64,000 nt of DNA from an uncultured Planctomycetales bacterium. Lineage in GTDB: Bacteria; Omnitrophota; Gorgyraeia; Gygaellales; Profunditerraquicolaceae. Each line of letters opens with the position of its first letter. Position 1 is the stretch's first letter. The DNA is taken from positions 122,086 through 186,085 of the forward strand of contig CAZAPM010000001.1 of assembly GCA_964487475.1 (NCBI GenBank), read 5' to 3'. The notes beneath the pieces are model-generated. The model did not search any database. It saw nothing but the letters and a program-made list of their open reading frames with translations, and was not told the origin of the DNA. Below are positions 26,547-45,316 of the stretch, piece after piece. The translations under genes and the position numbers were made by a program.

Positions 26547-27086
26547 ATGAAAAAGCTAGGTATTATCGTCAAGGAAGCAACGGAAAAGATCATCACGCAG
26601 AGCGCCAAGGAAGCGGAGGCGGTGTTCATCGTCAAGTACTCCGGACTTTCCAGTTTCGCCATGTCGAACCTGCGCCGCTCGCTCAAGGAATCTCACTCCC
26701 GGATGTTCGTGGTCAAGAACACCGTGGCCAGGAGAGCGCTGAAGGGGATGGGGTTGGACGGCGTCATCAAGTCGATCGACGGGCCGTGCGGCCTGGTCTT
26801 CGGCAAGGACGAGCCGGTGAGCACCTCCAAAGCGCTGTATGCCTTCTTCAAGGATAACAACAAGCTGGTGCTTGAGGGGGGGTTCATTAAAGATAACGTG
26901 CTGAGCCAGAAGGATGTGGAAGCGCTGGCGAAGCTGCCCGGTAGAGACCAGTTGCGCGCTCAGTTGGTCGGCGGATTGATGTCGCCCATCAGCGGGTTGG
27001 TCTTCGTGCTTAACGCGAACCTGCGCACGTTCGTGTATTGCTTAGATCAGGTCAAACAAAAGAAAGCTGCCGCTGGCGGCCAGTAA
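26547..27086 (+). CDS. rplJ: 50S ribosomal protein L10
   Basis: Position between rplA and rplL. L10-like sequence. Confidence 0.85.
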   Translation: MKKLGIIVKEATEKIITQSAKEAEAVFIVKYSGLSSFAMSNLRRSLKESHSRMFVVKNTVARRALKGMGLDGVIKSIDGPCGLVFGKDEPVSTSKALYAFFKDNNKLVLEGGFIKDNVLSQKDVEALAKLPGRDQLRAQLVGGLMSPISGLVFVLNANLRTFVYCLDQVKQKKAAAGGQ

Positions 27087-27125
27087 TCTTCGTACACATT
27101 GTTCGTGTCCAAAGGAGGAAGTGAA

Positions 27126-27512
27126 ATGGCAAGTGCAAAAGTTGAGGAATTGATCAAGTCCATCGAGGTTTTGAGCGTCCTGGAACTCGCCGAGACGGTG
27201 AAAGCCTTGGAGGAGAAGTTCGGCGTGTCCGCAGCCATGCCCATGATGGCCGCACCCGCCGGCGGTGCCGCAGCAGCCGCTGCACCCGCAGCCGAAGAGA
27301 AGACCATCTTTACCGTCGTGATCGCCAATGCCGGTGCCAACAAGATCTCCGTCATCAAGGAAGTGCGCGCGATCACCAACCTCGGATTGAAGGAAGCCAA
27401 GGACCTGGTTGACGCCGCTCCCAAGGCCGTCAAAGAGGGCGTAGGCAAGGAAGAGGCGGAAGAGATGAAGAAGAAGCTCGAGGCTGCCGGCGCAACCGTC
27501 GAGTTGAAATAA
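27126..27512 (+). CDS. rplL: 50S ribosomal protein L7/L12
   Basis: Ala-rich hinge [19 protein letters not shown]-terminal domain [43 protein letters not shown]. Confidence 0.95.
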   Translation: MASAKVEELIKSIEVLSVLELAETVKALEEKFGVSAAMPMMAAPAGGAAAAAAPAAEEKTIFTVVIANAGANKISVIKEVRAITNLGLKEAKDLVDAAPKAVKEGVGKEEAEEMKKKLEAAGATVELK

Positions 27513-27543
27513 GTAGTTCAACTAAAGTACTACGATTTGCCGA

Positions 27544-27566
27544 CCCGCGGGTGAAAAATCCGCGGG
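27544..27566 (+). promoter_or_regulatory. hairpin in the rplL-rpoB spacer (CCCGCGG-GTGAAAAAT-CCGCGGG), candidate partial attenuator
   Basis: 7-bp GC stem in the 82-nt rplL-rpoB gap. An attenuator exists at this position in other bacteria. No strong U-tract. Confidence 0.35.
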
Positions 27567-27594
27567 GCGGCATATCTATAAAGGTAAGCCAAAG

Positions 27595-35066
<7,472 letters not shown>

Positions 35067-35070
35067 GTAC

Positions 35071-35460
35071 ATGCCTACGATTTCACAGTTAATCAGACTC
35101 GGACGTGTCGCCAAAGCGAAGAAATCCAAATCGCCGGCCTTGAAAGAGTGCCCGCAGCGCCGCGGTGTGTGCCTGCAGGTGCGTACCATGACCCCGAAGA
35201 AGCCCAACTCCGCGCTGCGTAAGATCGCCAGGGTCCGCCTGACGACCGGCATCGAAGTGACGGCGTACATCCCGGGCGAAGGGCATAATCTCCAGGAGCA
35301 TTCCATCGTCCTGGTCAGAGGCGGCCGCGTCAAGGACCTTCCGGGTGTGCGTTACCATATCGTGCGCGGCACTCTGGACTCAGCGGGTGTCAATGCCCGC
35401 CGGAAATCACGTTCAAAGTACGGCGCAAAGCGGCCGAAGGCAAACGCCCCGGCGAAATAA
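35071..35460 (+). CDS. rpsL: 30S ribosomal protein S12
   Basis: PTISQLIR...[10 protein letters not shown]. Confidence 0.97.
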   Translation: MPTISQLIRLGRVAKAKKSKSPALKECPQRRGVCLQVRTMTPKKPNSALRKIARVRLTTGIEVTAYIPGEGHNLQEHSIVLVRGGRVKDLPGVRYHIVRGTLDSAGVNARRKSRSKYGAKRPKANAPAK

Positions 35461-35488
35461 CACCAGATACGCAAAAAGGACTGGACTC

Positions 35489-35959
35489 ATGAGAAGAAGA
35501 AGTGCACAGGAACGAGAGATATTACCGGACCCTAAATATAATTCAAAGATAATCGGCAAGTTCATCAATATGCTGATGGTCAAGGGCAAGAAGGCGGTCG
35601 CAGAGAAGATCCTTTACGACGCGTTCGATAAGATCAAGACCGTGACCAACGAGCAGGACGTGATGAAGGTCTTCCACAAGGCCATCGACAACGTCCGGCC
35701 CCGCCTTGAGGTCAAGCCGCGCCGCGTGGGCGGTGCGACCTACCAGGTGCCGGTAGAGGTCCGCCAGGAGCGCGGTACTTCCATCGCGTTGCGCTGGATC
35801 AGGGATTATGCCAAGGCCAAGAAGGGCAAGTCCATGATGGACAAGCTGGCCGACGAGATCATCTCCGCGTTCAAGGGGGAAGGCGCCGCGATCAAGAAGC
35901 GCGACGATACCCACAAGATGGCGGAATCCAACAAGGCGTACGCGCACTTCAGGTGGTAA
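35489..35959 (+). CDS. rpsG: 30S ribosomal protein S7
   Basis: PDPKYNSKIIGKFINMLMVKGKKAVAEKI. Confidence 0.95.
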   Translation: MRRRSAQEREILPDPKYNSKIIGKFINMLMVKGKKAVAEKILYDAFDKIKTVTNEQDVMKVFHKAIDNVRPRLEVKPRRVGGATYQVPVEVRQERGTSIALRWIRDYAKAKKGKSMMDKLADEIISAFKGEGAAIKKRDDTHKMAESNKAYAHFRW

Positions 35960-36016
35960 ACGGATAACTGACGGGTTATTAAACCTAAAAGATAGATAAC
36001 TTCATACACACGACTA

Positions 36017-38116
36017 ATGGCAGCCAGAACATTTCCGCTTAGCAAGTTAAGGAACATCGGGATCATCGCGCATATCGACGCGGGCAAGACCACGACCACC
36101 GAGCGTATCCTGTTCTATTCCGGCCGTAGCCATAAACTGGGTGAAGTGCACGACGGTACCGCGACCATGGACTGGATGGTGCAGGAGCAGGAGCGGGGCA
36201 TCACCATCACCGCCGCCGCCACCCGCTGCCAGTGGAAGGACTGCTACATCAATATCATCGATACTCCCGGGCACGTGGATTTCACCATCGAGGTCGAGCG
36301 TTCACTGAAGGTATTGGACGGCGCCTGCGTGGTGTTCTGCGGAGTGGGCGGGGTGGAGCCTCAGTCGGAGACGGTGTGGCGCCAGGCGGACCGCTACGGC
36401 GTGCCGAGGATCGCCTACGTCAACAAGATGGACCGCACCGGCGCGGATTTCTATACCTGCATCAAGCAGATGCACGAGCGCCTGGGGGCGAATGCCGCCG
36501 CGATCCAGATCCCCTACGGGGCGGAAGAGAATTTCAAGGGCATCATCGATATCGTGGACATGAAGATGTACCTTTATCAGGACGACCTGGGCAAGAAGAT
36601 CGACGTGGTGGCCGTGCCCGAGGAGAAGAAGGAAGAGGTCGAGAAGATGCGGGCCCTGCTGGTCGAGAAGCTCGCGGAAGCCGACGATGAGGTCCTGGAG
36701 AAGTATCTGGGGGGTGTCGCGCTTACCAACGCCGAGCTGAAGACCAAGATCAGGAGTTGCGTGGTGTCGAATAAGTTCACCCCGGTGCTGCTGGGATCGT
36801 CCTTTAAGAACAAGGGTATCCAGCTGGTGCTTGACGCGGTGTGCGATTATCTGCCTTCTCCCGACGATCTTCCTCCGGTCAAGGGGACCAAGCCCGATTC
36901 CGTGGATTTCGAGGAGATCAAGGTTTCCGATGACGCGCCGTTTTGCGCGCTGTGCTTCAAGATCGCGACCGACCCGTACGTGGGCAAGCTCAACTTCATC
37001 CGCGTCTACTCCGGCACGCTCAACGCGGGGACGTACATCTACAACGCCTCCAAGCGTACGCGCGAGCGCGTGACCAAACTGGTGCGTATGCACGCCAACA
37101 AGCAGGAGATCGTGGACAGCGTCATGACCGGGGACATCGTGGCCGCGGTGGGATTGAAGGAGACCAAGACGGGGGATACCCTGTGCATGGAAGACGCGCA
37201 GATCCTGTTGGAAGCCATGCGCTTCCCCGATCCGGTCATTCAGCAGTCCATCGAGACCGAGAGCAAGGATGAATCCGAGAAGCTCGGGCTCGCGCTGCAC
37301 AAGCTGGCGGACGAGGATCCTTCGTTCCGTACCATGTACAATCAGGAGACCGGCCAGTCGTTGATCGCCGGGATGGGACAGCTGCACCTGGAGATCATCG
37401 TCGACCGTCTCAAGCGCGAGTTCAACGTGCAGGTGCAGGTGGGCGTTCCCCAGGTAGCGTACCGCGAGACCATCACCAAGGCGGTCTCGGCCACGGGTAA
37501 ATTCGTGCAGCAGTCGGGAGGACGCGGGCAGTACGGTCATTGCGTGCTCGAGGTCGAACCGGCGGAAGCACCGGGTACGGGCATCGTGTTCGAGAACAAG
37601 ATCAAGGGCGGGGCCATTCCGCAGGAGTTCATTCCGGCGGTCAAGGACGGCGTGATCGCGACCGCCAAGACCGGCGTATTGGCCGGATATCCCGTCACCG
37701 ACCTCAAGGTCACCTTGGTCGACGGCTCGTATCACGACGTCGACTCGTCGGAACTGGCATTCAAGATGGCGGCGGGGATGGCTCTTTCCGACGCCATGCG
37801 CCGCGGTTCTCCGCGGATCATGGAGCCGATCATGGACATGGAGGTCATGACCCCCGAAGAGTTCATGGGCGCCGTGATCGGGGACTTAAGCTCCCGCAGA
37901 GCCAAGATCATCGCCATTAATTCACGCGCCAACGTGCGCGCGATCAGGGTGCATATACCTTTGTCCGAGACCTTCAATTATTCGACGATCGTAAGGAGCT
38001 TGACACAAGGGCGTGCATCCTATACAATGGAGCCCTCGTACTACGCAGAGGTGCCTGGAAGTATAGCGGAGAAGATCATCGCAGGTTCAACAGCGGTCAG
38101 TGTGAGGAAATCATAA
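36017..38116 (+). CDS. fusA: elongation factor G
   Basis: [22 protein letters not shown]...DTPGHVDF. Confidence 0.98.
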   Translation: MAARTFPLSKLRNIGIIAHIDAGKTTTTERILFYSGRSHKLGEVHDGTATMDWMVQEQERGITITAAATRCQWKDCYINIIDTPGHVDFTIEVERSLKVLDGACVVFCGVGGVEPQSETVWRQADRYGVPRIAYVNKMDRTGADFYTCIKQMHERLGANAAAIQIPYGAEENFKGIIDIVDMKMYLYQDDLGKKIDVVAVPEEKKEEVEKMRALLVEKLAEADDEVLEKYLGGVALTNAELKTKIRSCVVSNKFTPVLLGSSFKNKGIQLVLDAVCDYLPSPDDLPPVKGTKPDSVDFEEIKVSDDAPFCALCFKIATDPYVGKLNFIRVYSGTLNAGTYIYNASKRTRERVTKLVRMHANKQEIVDSVMTGDIVAAVGLKETKTGDTLCMEDAQILLEAMRFPDPVIQQSIETESKDESEKLGLALHKLADEDPSFRTMYNQETGQSLIAGMGQLHLEIIVDRLKREFNVQVQVGVPQVAYRETITKAVSATGKFVQQSGGRGQYGHCVLEVEPAEAPGTGIVFENKIKGGAIPQEFIPAVKDGVIATAKTGVLAGYPVTDLKVTLVDGSYHDVDSSELAFKMAAGMALSDAMRRGSPRIMEPIMDMEVMTPEEFMGAVIGDLSSRRAKIIAINSRANVRAIRVHIPLSETFNYSTIVRSLTQGRASYTMEPSYYAEVPGSIAEKIIAGSTAVSVRKS

Positions 38117-38137
38117 CCAACTTTAGGAGGTGAAGTA

Positions 38138-39340
38138 ATGGCTAAGGAAAAGTTTGTAAGATCAAAACCCCACTGCAACATCGGTACCATCGGTCACATC
38201 GACCACGGCAAGACGACCTTGACCGCGGCTATTACCGCCGTGTTGTCAAAGCTCGGTAAAGCGACGGTGAGGGACTACGCGGATATCGCCAAGGGCGGTA
38301 CCGTAAGAGACGAGACGAAAGTCGTCACCATCTCGGTAGCGCACGTAGAGTACGAGTCCGATGCCCGCCATTACGCGCACATCGACTGCCCCGGCCACGC
38401 CGATTATATCAAGAACATGATCACCGGCGCCGCGCAGATGGACGGCGCGATCCTGGTGGTTTCTGCCGTTGACGGCCCTATGCCCCAGACCCGCGAGCAC
38501 ATCCTGCTCGCGCGTCAGGTGAACGTGCCTTCGATGGTGGTATTCATGAACAAATGCGACCTGGTGCAGGATAAAGAGCTCCTGGACCTGGTGGAGATGG
38601 AAGTGCGCGACCTGCTGACCAAGTACGGATATCCGGGCGACAAGACCCCGATCGTGCGCGGTTCGGCGCTCAAGGCGATGCAGGCGTCCGATCCCAAGAG
38701 CGAGGATGCCAAGCCGATCCTGGAGCTGATGAAGGCGTGCGACGAGTTCATCCCGCTGCCCGTGCGCGACCTGGATAAACCGTTACTGATGGCCGTCGAG
38801 GACGTCTTCTCGATCGAAGGCCGCGGTACCGTGGGAACCGGCCGTATCGAGCGCGGTAAGGTGCATATCAACGACGAAATCGAGATCGTGGGCCTTCGCC
38901 CCGAGCCGATGAAGTCGGTGGTCACCGGTATCGAAATGTTCCGCAAGCTCCTCGATGAGGGGCAGGCCGGGGACAACGTCGGGCTGCTTCTGCGCGGCGT
39001 GGACAAGAAAGCGATCGAGCGCGGCATGGTCATCGCGGCGCCCAAGTCCATCACCCCGCATACCAAGTTCAAGGCCCAGGTCTACGTCCTGACCAAGGAA
39101 GAAGGCGGACGCCATACCCCGTTCTTCAAAGGGTATCGTCCCCAGTTCTACTTCCGTACCACGGACGTGACCGGAGCGGTGACCCTTCCCGCGGGCGTGG
39201 AAATGATCATGCCGGGTGACAACGTGGCCTGCGACGTGGAGTTGATCACTCCCATCGCTATGGAAAAGGAATCCCGTTTCGCCATCCGCGAGGGCGGCAA
39301 GACGGTTGGTGCAGGTGTGGTTACCGAAATAGTCAAGTAA
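38138..39340 (+). CDS. tuf: elongation factor Tu
   Basis: [18 protein letters not shown]...DCPGHADY...NKCD. Confidence 0.98.
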   Translation: MAKEKFVRSKPHCNIGTIGHIDHGKTTLTAAITAVLSKLGKATVRDYADIAKGGTVRDETKVVTISVAHVEYESDARHYAHIDCPGHADYIKNMITGAAQMDGAILVVSAVDGPMPQTREHILLARQVNVPSMVVFMNKCDLVQDKELLDLVEMEVRDLLTKYGYPGDKTPIVRGSALKAMQASDPKSEDAKPILELMKACDEFIPLPVRDLDKPLLMAVEDVFSIEGRGTVGTGRIERGKVHINDEIEIVGLRPEPMKSVVTGIEMFRKLLDEGQAGDNVGLLLRGVDKKAIERGMVIAAPKSITPHTKFKAQVYVLTKEEGGRHTPFFKGYRPQFYFRTTDVTGAVTLPAGVEMIMPGDNVACDVELITPIAMEKESRFAIREGGKTVGAGVVTEIVK

Positions 39341-39364
39341 CCTTCGCTCTTTGAAGTAATAATG

Positions 39365-39398
39365 CCCCGGAGACATTCAGTTCCGGATGTCTCCGGGG
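39365..39398 (+). terminator. 12-bp perfect hairpin after tuf (CCCCGGAGACAT-loop-ATGTCTCCGGGG), partial terminator/attenuator before the S10 operon
   Basis: Exact reverse-complement arms with a 10-nt loop. No clean U-tract, so read-through into rpsJ is likely. Confidence 0.5.
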
Positions 39399-39422
39399 TT
39401 CAAATTCAAAAGAAAGCTACTC

Positions 39423-39731
39423 ATGAACGCAAATCAGAAGATCAGAATCAAATTGAAGGCATACGACCACCGTTTGCTCGACCAGGCGGTGGGGGAGATC
39501 GTGGAGACGGTGCGCAGGACCGGGGCGAAAGTTTCCGGGCCGGTGCCTCTGCCCACGAAGAAGGAGATCTATACCGTCAACCGTTCGCCGGTCATCGACA
39601 AGAAGTCCCGCGAACAGTTCGGGCTCTTCACCCACAAGCGTTTGATCGATATCTTTGAGCCGACCTCCAAGACCATCGATTCGCTGCGTAAGTTGAACCT
39701 GCCTTCAGGCGTCGACGTCGAGATTAAATAA
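39423..39731 (+). CDS. rpsJ: 30S ribosomal protein S10
   Basis: [18 protein letters not shown]... Confidence 0.97.
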   Translation: MNANQKIRIKLKAYDHRLLDQAVGEIVETVRRTGAKVSGPVPLPTKKEIYTVNRSPVIDKKSREQFGLFTHKRLIDIFEPTSKTIDSLRKLNLPSGVDVEIK

Positions 39732-39854
39732 TCCGTGTGCGTGTGTCCTTAGAGTAGAGCGGGGGGAACCTGCCTCCCGCGAGATCCCTTTCGGGGACGG
39801 GACAAAGCATACGCAGTGATCGCCTTGCCAGGAAGGGCGGAGAAAGTTACGGAT

Positions 39855-40466
39855 ATGAACGCGATAGTTGGTAAAAAGCTGGGGATGACACAGATTTTCA
39901 CCGATCAGGGCGACCTGATCTCGGTGACCGTCGTGGAAGCGGGGCCCTGCCCTGTCCTGGCGGTGAACGCGAAGAACGTGCAGGTGGGTTTCGGAGAAGT
40001 GGACGGCAAGCGCATGAAGAAGCCTTTGCTGGGATATTTCAAGAAACTCAACATCTCCCCGCGTAAAGTGATCAAGGAGTTCGCCAAGGACCCCTCCCGT
40101 GAGTATAAGGTGGGAGAGGAGATCAAGGCGGACCTTTTCAAAGCCGGTGATTTTGTGGACGTGTCGGGTATTACCGTCGGTAAAGGGTTCCAGGGCGGTA
40201 TGAAGCGCTGGCACTGGAAGGGCGGCCCGATGACCCACGGTTCCACCTCGCATCGCCGGGTGGGGTCACTCGGTTCCTCCACCACTCCCGGACGGGTGTG
40301 GAAAGGACATCACCTTCCCGGCCACATGGGAGCGGTCGCCGCGACGGTGCAGAGCCTGAAGGTGGCGAAGATAGACCTGGAGAACAACCTCATCCTGATC
40401 GAGGGCGGGGTGCCCGGACATAAGAACAGTATAGTGGTGATTCGCAAGGCCAAGAAGAAAAGATAA
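39855..40466 (+). CDS. rplC: 50S ribosomal protein L3
   Basis: IVGKKLGMTQIFTDQGDLISVTVVE. Confidence 0.95.
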   Translation: MNAIVGKKLGMTQIFTDQGDLISVTVVEAGPCPVLAVNAKNVQVGFGEVDGKRMKKPLLGYFKKLNISPRKVIKEFAKDPSREYKVGEEIKADLFKAGDFVDVSGITVGKGFQGGMKRWHWKGGPMTHGSTSHRRVGSLGSSTTPGRVWKGHHLPGHMGAVAATVQSLKVAKIDLENNLILIEGGVPGHKNSIVVIRKAKKKR

Positions 40467-40472
40467 AATACT

Positions 40473-41123
40473 ATGGACACATTGACGTTACCTATCATCA
40501 ACGCGAAGGGCGCGGAAGTGGCAAAGGTCTCTCTGGATAAGGAATTATTCGGCCAGAAGATCTCTGCCGGCGCATTGTATCAAACGGTCACGACCTACCT
40601 GGCGAATCAGCGCAAGGGCCTGGCGGCGACGAAGACCCGCGGAGAGGTATCCGGCGGCGGCAAGAAACCGTGGAAGCAGAAGGGGACCGGGCGCGCCCGC
40701 GTGGGTTCGACCCGTTCGCCTTTGTGGCGCCACGGCGGCGTGGTCTTCGGACCCCATCCCAGGGATTTTTCCGTGACGCTTCCCAAGGGCGTGCGCTTGA
40801 GCGCGCTGGCGGCGGCGGTCTCGGTCAAAGTGGCGGAAGGCAACGTGATCGTGGCGGACGCCTTATCCTTCGAGTCGGAGAAGACCAAGGATGCGGTGGC
40901 GCTTTTGACCGGCCTGAACATAGATCTGAAGAAGAACAAGAGCTATAAGGTGCTGGTGCTGCTGGATAAGGAAGACGTGAAGGCACGCCGGGCTCTGGGC
41001 AATGTCGCGTTGGTCACCGTCGGGCTGGCACAGGACGCCAATGCGTACGAATTGCTCAAGCACAAAAAGATCGTGGTTACCAAACCAGGATTGGAACAGA
41101 TAATAAAAAGGTTGCAAAAATGA
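40473..41123 (+). CDS. rplD: 50S ribosomal protein L4
   Basis: KGTGRARVGSTRSPLWRHGGVVFGP. Confidence 0.95.
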   Translation: MDTLTLPIINAKGAEVAKVSLDKELFGQKISAGALYQTVTTYLANQRKGLAATKTRGEVSGGGKKPWKQKGTGRARVGSTRSPLWRHGGVVFGPHPRDFSVTLPKGVRLSALAAAVSVKVAEGNVIVADALSFESEKTKDAVALLTGLNIDLKKNKSYKVLVLLDKEDVKARRALGNVALVTVGLAQDANAYELLKHKKIVVTKPGLEQIIKRLQK

Positions 41124-41398
41124 ATTCTCATGGTATAATTAAAGCTTTACTGCGTACTGAGAAGTCTGCGGCCTCCGAACCCGCCCGCAAGTACCTGTTT
41201 CTGGTGGTGAAGAACGCCAATAAACCGGCGATCAAGCGCGCAGTGGAAGAAATATACAAGGTCAAGGTGCAGGACGTGAATACCTACATCTCGGCGGGAA
41301 AAGCGAAGCGGGTGCGCCATCAGATGGGCAGGACCCCGGACCTGAAAAAGGCCGTGGTGACCCTGCGTGAAGGTGCCAAGATCGATACAGGAGTATAA
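41120..41398 (+). CDS. rplW: 50S ribosomal protein L23
   Basis: ATGA overlap with rplD. L23-like sequence KRAVEEIYKVKVQDVNT. Confidence 0.93.
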   Translation: MNSHGIIKALLRTEKSAASEPARKYLFLVVKNANKPAIKRAVEEIYKVKVQDVNTYISAGKAKRVRHQMGRTPDLKKAVVTLREGAKIDTGV

Positions 41399-41404
41399 GG
41401 TCCC

Positions 41405-42238
41405 ATGGGTATAAAAAAATTCAAACCGTATACAGCGTCCCGGCGATTCATGAGCGGATCGGATTTTGCCGAGATCACCAAATCCGAACCCGAGAAATCG
41501 CTGCTGCAGCCGTTGAAAAAGACCGGCGGCAGGAACAGCTATGGCCGCATCACCACCAGGCATGTCGGCGGCGGGCATAAGCGTATGTACCGCATCATCG
41601 ATTTCAAGCGCGACCTGCTGGAGCAGCCGTGCAAAGTGATCGCGGTGGAGTATGACCCCAACCGCAGCGCGCGCATCGCGCTGGTGGAGTACGAGAATAA
41701 AGAGAAGCGTTATATACTGGCACCTGCGGGCATCACGGTCGGTACGGTGATCCTCAGCACGGAGGTGAAGGGGGCGGACCTTAATATCGGCAATTGTATG
41801 CCGCTGCGCAACATCCCCACCGGTACGCTCATCCACAATCTGGAGATCGTCAAGGGCAAGGGCGGACAGATCGTGCGTTCCGCGGGCGGGTATGCCACTA
41901 TCATGGCCAAGGAAGGCAAGTTCGCGCATGTGCGTCTGGCATCCGGCGAAGTGAGGCTGATCGATGTTGACTGCCGTGCCACCATCGGCCAGGTAAGCAA
42001 TATCGAGCATGAAGCGACCAGCGTGGGCAAGGCGGGACGTTCGCGTTGGATGGGGATCAGGCCTACGGTGCGCGGTCTGGCCATGAACCCGGTAGACCAT
42101 CCGCACGGCGGCGGCGAAGGCAAGTCCGGCCAGGGCAACCCGCATCCGGTCAGCAAGTGGGGTATGCCTACCAAGGGTTACAAGACCCGGTCGAAACATA
42201 AATATTCCGATAAGTTCATCGTCAAGAGAAGGAAATAA
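41405..42238 (+). CDS. rplB: 50S ribosomal protein L2
   Basis: [22 protein letters not shown]...[15 protein letters not shown]. Confidence 0.97.
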   Translation: MGIKKFKPYTASRRFMSGSDFAEITKSEPEKSLLQPLKKTGGRNSYGRITTRHVGGGHKRMYRIIDFKRDLLEQPCKVIAVEYDPNRSARIALVEYENKEKRYILAPAGITVGTVILSTEVKGADLNIGNCMPLRNIPTGTLIHNLEIVKGKGGQIVRSAGGYATIMAKEGKFAHVRLASGEVRLIDVDCRATIGQVSNIEHEATSVGKAGRSRWMGIRPTVRGLAMNPVDHPHGGGEGKSGQGNPHPVSKWGMPTKGYKTRSKHKYSDKFIVKRRK

Positions 42239-42240
42239 GC

Positions 42241-42528
42241 ATGGCACGTTCCCTAAAGAAAGGCCCGTTCGTTGAGGATAGTCTGCTGAAGAAGGTGGAG
42301 AAAGCCCGTAAGCTGGGCGACCGTCAGGCGATCAAGACCTGGTCCCGCCGCTCGACCATCATCCCGGATTTCGTCGGGGTGTCGTTCGCGGTGTATGACG
42401 GCCACAAACATATCCCGGTGTTCGTCACCGAGAACATGGTGGGGCATAAGCTCGGCGAATTCGCGCCTTCCAGGATCTTCCGCAAACACGGCGGCGTCAA
42501 GGCTAAGAAAGCGGCTGAAAAAACCTAA
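42241..42528 (+). CDS. rpsS: 30S ribosomal protein S19
   Basis: [14 protein letters not shown]...[11 protein letters not shown]. Confidence 0.97.
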   Translation: MARSLKKGPFVEDSLLKKVEKARKLGDRQAIKTWSRRSTIIPDFVGVSFAVYDGHKHIPVFVTENMVGHKLGEFAPSRIFRKHGGVKAKKAAEKT

Positions 42529-42585
42529 TTGTACCCCGGCTCATGGGATTGCCGGGTATGGACGTTCTGTCCAAAGGACATACAC

Positions 42586-42918
42586 ATGATCGTTAAAGCA
42601 GAAGCGAAGTTCATCAGATTGCAGCCGACCAAGACCAGACTGGTACTGGACCTGGTCCGTAACAAAGGTGTCGAGGAAGCCCACGGCATCCTGCTGCATC
42701 TTAATAAGCGGCCCAAAGAGTTCCTGCTCAAGCTCCTGAAACAGGCGGTTTCCAACGCCAAGGTCAAGGGGTTCGAGCCCAAACAGCTCTACATCAGCAA
42801 GATCACCTGCGACAACGGCCCGATGTGGAAGCGTTACAAGGCCGCGGCATTCGGAAGGGCGACCTCTATCCTGAAGAGGACTTCACATATCAAGATCGAA
42901 TTGGACGTCAAAAGCTAA
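42586..42918 (+). CDS. rplV: 50S ribosomal protein L22
   Basis: MIVKAEAKFIRLQPTKTRLVLDLVRNK. Internal ATG chosen over the track's N-extended start at 42529. Confidence 0.93.
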   Translation: MIVKAEAKFIRLQPTKTRLVLDLVRNKGVEEAHGILLHLNKRPKEFLLKLLKQAVSNAKVKGFEPKQLYISKITCDNGPMWKRYKAAAFGRATSILKRTSHIKIELDVKS

Positions 42919-42941
42919 CGTAGTAGATAAGCGAGGAGTGT

Positions 42942-43661
42942 ATGGGACATAAAGTAAGTCCGTTGATTATGAGAATCGGGTTCATCAGAACCTGGAACAG
43001 CCGTTGGTTCGCCAAGCCGAAGGATTACGCCAAGTACCTGGAGCAGGATTACCGCATCCGCAAGTACATCAAGACCAAGCTCAAGCAGGCGGCGATCTCC
43101 AAGATCGTGATCGAGAGGCTGGCAGACCGCATCAAGATCCGCATCCACTCCGCGCGTCCCGGTATCATCATCGGCCGCCATGGCGCCGATATCGAAAAGC
43201 TCCGCGAAGACATCAATCTGATGGTAAAGACGGAGATTTCCATAGATATAGAAGAGGTCAAGCAGACCGCGCTCGACGCCCAGCTGGTGGCGGAGAACGT
43301 CGCCATGCAGATCGAGAAGCGCGTGGCCTTCCGCCGCGCGGTGAAGCGTTCCATCGAACAGAGCATGAACGCCGGAGCGAAGGGTATCAAGATCACCTCG
43401 TCCGGACGTCTTAACGGCGCGGAAATGTCCCGTACCGAGACGTACCGGCAGGGCAAGATCCCGCTGCATACGCTGCGCGCGGACATTGATTACGGTTTTG
43501 CCGAGGCGTTGACCACCTACGGCCTTATCGGGGTCAAGTGCTGGCTTTATAAAGGCGATATTTTAGGCAAGAAAGAGGCGCATGCCGCGGCGAACGCCGT
43601 GAATATAATCGGGCAGCAGCCTCCCAGAAAAGAAAAAGAAGCGGTGAAGAGCGCCGCGTAA
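42942..43661 (+). CDS. rpsC: 30S ribosomal protein S3
   Basis: MGHKVSPLIMRIGFIRTWNSRWFA. KH domain. Confidence 0.97.
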   Translation: MGHKVSPLIMRIGFIRTWNSRWFAKPKDYAKYLEQDYRIRKYIKTKLKQAAISKIVIERLADRIKIRIHSARPGIIIGRHGADIEKLREDINLMVKTEISIDIEEVKQTALDAQLVAENVAMQIEKRVAFRRAVKRSIEQSMNAGAKGIKITSSGRLNGAEMSRTETYRQGKIPLHTLRADIDYGFAEALTTYGLIGVKCWLYKGDILGKKEAHAAANAVNIIGQQPPRKEKEAVKSAA

Positions 43662-43692
43662 GTATATTTATCCGTAAAGCGAGGATCCTACG

Positions 43693-44109
43693 ATGGTAAT
43701 GATGCCCAAGAGAGTGAAATACCGCAAGCTGCAGAGAGGTCAGCGGCGCGGGGTTGCGACCACCGGAGCGACGCTGGCGTTCGGCGAGTTCGGTCTGAAA
43801 ACCCTCGAGAACGGATGGATCAAGAACACCCAGATCGAATCGGTGCGCGTGATCCTGGCCCGCCAGCTGAACAAGGGCGGCAAGATGTGGATCAGGATCT
43901 TCCCCGACCATTCGATCACCAAGAAGCCGGCAGAAGTCCGCATGGGCAAGGGCAAGGGCGACCTGGACCATTGGGTCGCGGTGGTAAAGCGCGGAAGGGT
44001 GCTTTTCGAGCTGGGAGGCGTGCAGGAAGAGTATGCGCGCCGTTGCTTCCGCCTGGCGGCGCACAAGCTTCCTTTGAGGACCAAATTCGTAACCCGCAGC
44101 CATAAGTAA
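43693..44109 (+). CDS. rplP: 50S ribosomal protein L16
   Basis: MMPKRVKYRKLQRGQRRG. Confidence 0.95.
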   Translation: MVMMPKRVKYRKLQRGQRRGVATTGATLAFGEFGLKTLENGWIKNTQIESVRVILARQLNKGGKMWIRIFPDHSITKKPAEVRMGKGKGDLDHWVAVVKRGRVLFELGGVQEEYARRCFRLAAHKLPLRTKFVTRSHK

Positions 44110-44139
44110 ACGGGTATAAGGCAGTACCAAGGAGATCAA

Positions 44140-44331
44140 ATGAAGATGCAGGAGTTGGCAAGTCTTTCGAAGGAAGAGCTGGCGCAGAAGGAAAAGGCGC
44201 TGCGCGAGGAGCTCTTTAAGCTGAATCAGCAGCGCTATACCGGCAGGGTGGAGAAGCCGCACCGTTTTTCAGCCATCCACAAGGACATCGCGCGTATTCA
44301 TACCATTCTACAGGGCAAGAAAGAGAAATAA
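44140..44331 (+). CDS. rpmC: 50S ribosomal protein L29
   Basis: 63 aa. LSKEELAQKEKALREELFKLNQQ. Confidence 0.93.
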   Translation: MKMQELASLSKEELAQKEKALREELFKLNQQRYTGRVEKPHRFSAIHKDIARIHTILQGKKEK

Positions 44332-44332
44332 C

Positions 44333-44614
44333 ATGGGAAGAAGAAAAACCTTTGTGGGTGAAGTCGTAAGCGCCAAGATGCAGAAGACCGTCGTGGTCAA
44401 GGTCACCAGAATGACCAAGGATGCCAAATACGGCCGTATCTACAAGCGCGTGATTAAGTTCAAGGTGCATGACGAGAAAGGCCAGGCTCATGTCGGGGAC
44501 GCGGTCAAGATAGAAGAGACCAGGCCTTTGTCGAAAGACAAGCGTTTCACTTTACACTCGATCATGAAAAAGGCGGCGGCCCCGCATATCGAGATTAAGG
44601 ACGAGGTGAAGTAA
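44333..44614 (+). CDS. rpsQ: 30S ribosomal protein S17
   Basis: [20 protein letters not shown]. Confidence 0.95.
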   Translation: MGRRKTFVGEVVSAKMQKTVVVKVTRMTKDAKYGRIYKRVIKFKVHDEKGQAHVGDAVKIEETRPLSKDKRFTLHSIMKKAAAPHIEIKDEVK

Positions 44615-44615
44615 G

Positions 44616-44984
44616 ATGATCCAATTACGATCGATTCTCGATGTTGCCGATAACTCCGGCGCAAAAAGGGCTTCCTTCATCAGCGTGATGGGCCGCAAGA
44701 ACGGCATGTTCGCGCAGGTGGGCGATGTGGTCACGGTCAACGTCAAGGAAGCTTCCTCTGACGGTTCGGTGAAGAAGGGCGAAGTGGCCAAAGCGGTGCT
44801 GGTGCGCACGAAAGCCCCTATCCGCAGGACGGACGGCACGGTGCTGCGTTTCGACCGCAACGCGATAGTCTTCATCGATGCCCAGCAAAATCCGAAAGGC
44901 ACCCGTGTGTTCGGGCCTGTCGCCCGCGAGCTGCGGGACCGGAACTTTACCAAGATCATCTCATTAGCACCCGAGGTCATTTAA
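44616..44984 (+). CDS. rplN: 50S ribosomal protein L14
   Basis: [17 protein letters not shown]. Confidence 0.97.
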   Translation: MIQLRSILDVADNSGAKRASFISVMGRKNGMFAQVGDVVTVNVKEASSDGSVKKGEVAKAVLVRTKAPIRRTDGTVLRFDRNAIVFIDAQQNPKGTRVFGPVARELRDRNFTKIISLAPEVI

Positions 44985-44985
44985 C

Positions 44986-45297
44986 ATGCTTAAGATACGC
45001 AAAGGCGATACTGTCCAGGTCACCAAGGGCAAGGACAAAGGGAAAAAAGGGAAAGTGATCATGGTCTCCGACGAGTTGAAGAAGGCGCTCGTGGAAGGCG
45101 TGAACATGGTCAAGAAGCATAAGCGCAAGAGCCAGCAGGACCAGCAGGGCGGCATCGTTTCCATCGAGAAGCCCATCGCGGTGTCCAATCTGCTGGTGGT
45201 ATGCAAGGCCTGCAGCAAAGCGGTGCGGGTAGGATTCAAGGTCCTGGAGGACGAAAGCAAAGTGCGCATGTGCAAGAGCTGCAAAGAGACACTCTAA
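44986..45297 (+). CDS. rplX: 50S ribosomal protein L24
   Basis: KIRKGDTVQVTKGKDKGKKGKV. KOW domain. Confidence 0.95.
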   Translation: MLKIRKGDTVQVTKGKDKGKKGKVIMVSDELKKALVEGVNMVKKHKRKSQQDQQGGIVSIEKPIAVSNLLVVCKACSKAVRVGFKVLEDESKVRMCKSCKETL

Positions 45298-45316
45298 CCA
45301 TTAAGGAATACGAGCG

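Noticed and set aside
36232-36690. Arg/Gly-rich + strand ORFs in alternative frames within fusA, rpoB/rpoC, secY (e.g. 36232-36690, 37540-37920, 49098-49967, 29945-30169)
   Set aside because: Off-frame ORFs inside genes with unambiguous homology. Their composition (RGRGR...) is characteristic of frame-shifted high-GC coding sequence.
39362-39658. 98-aa + ORF starting in the tuf-rpsJ spacer
   Set aside because: It runs out of frame through rpsJ. The spacer is better explained by the 12-bp hairpin.
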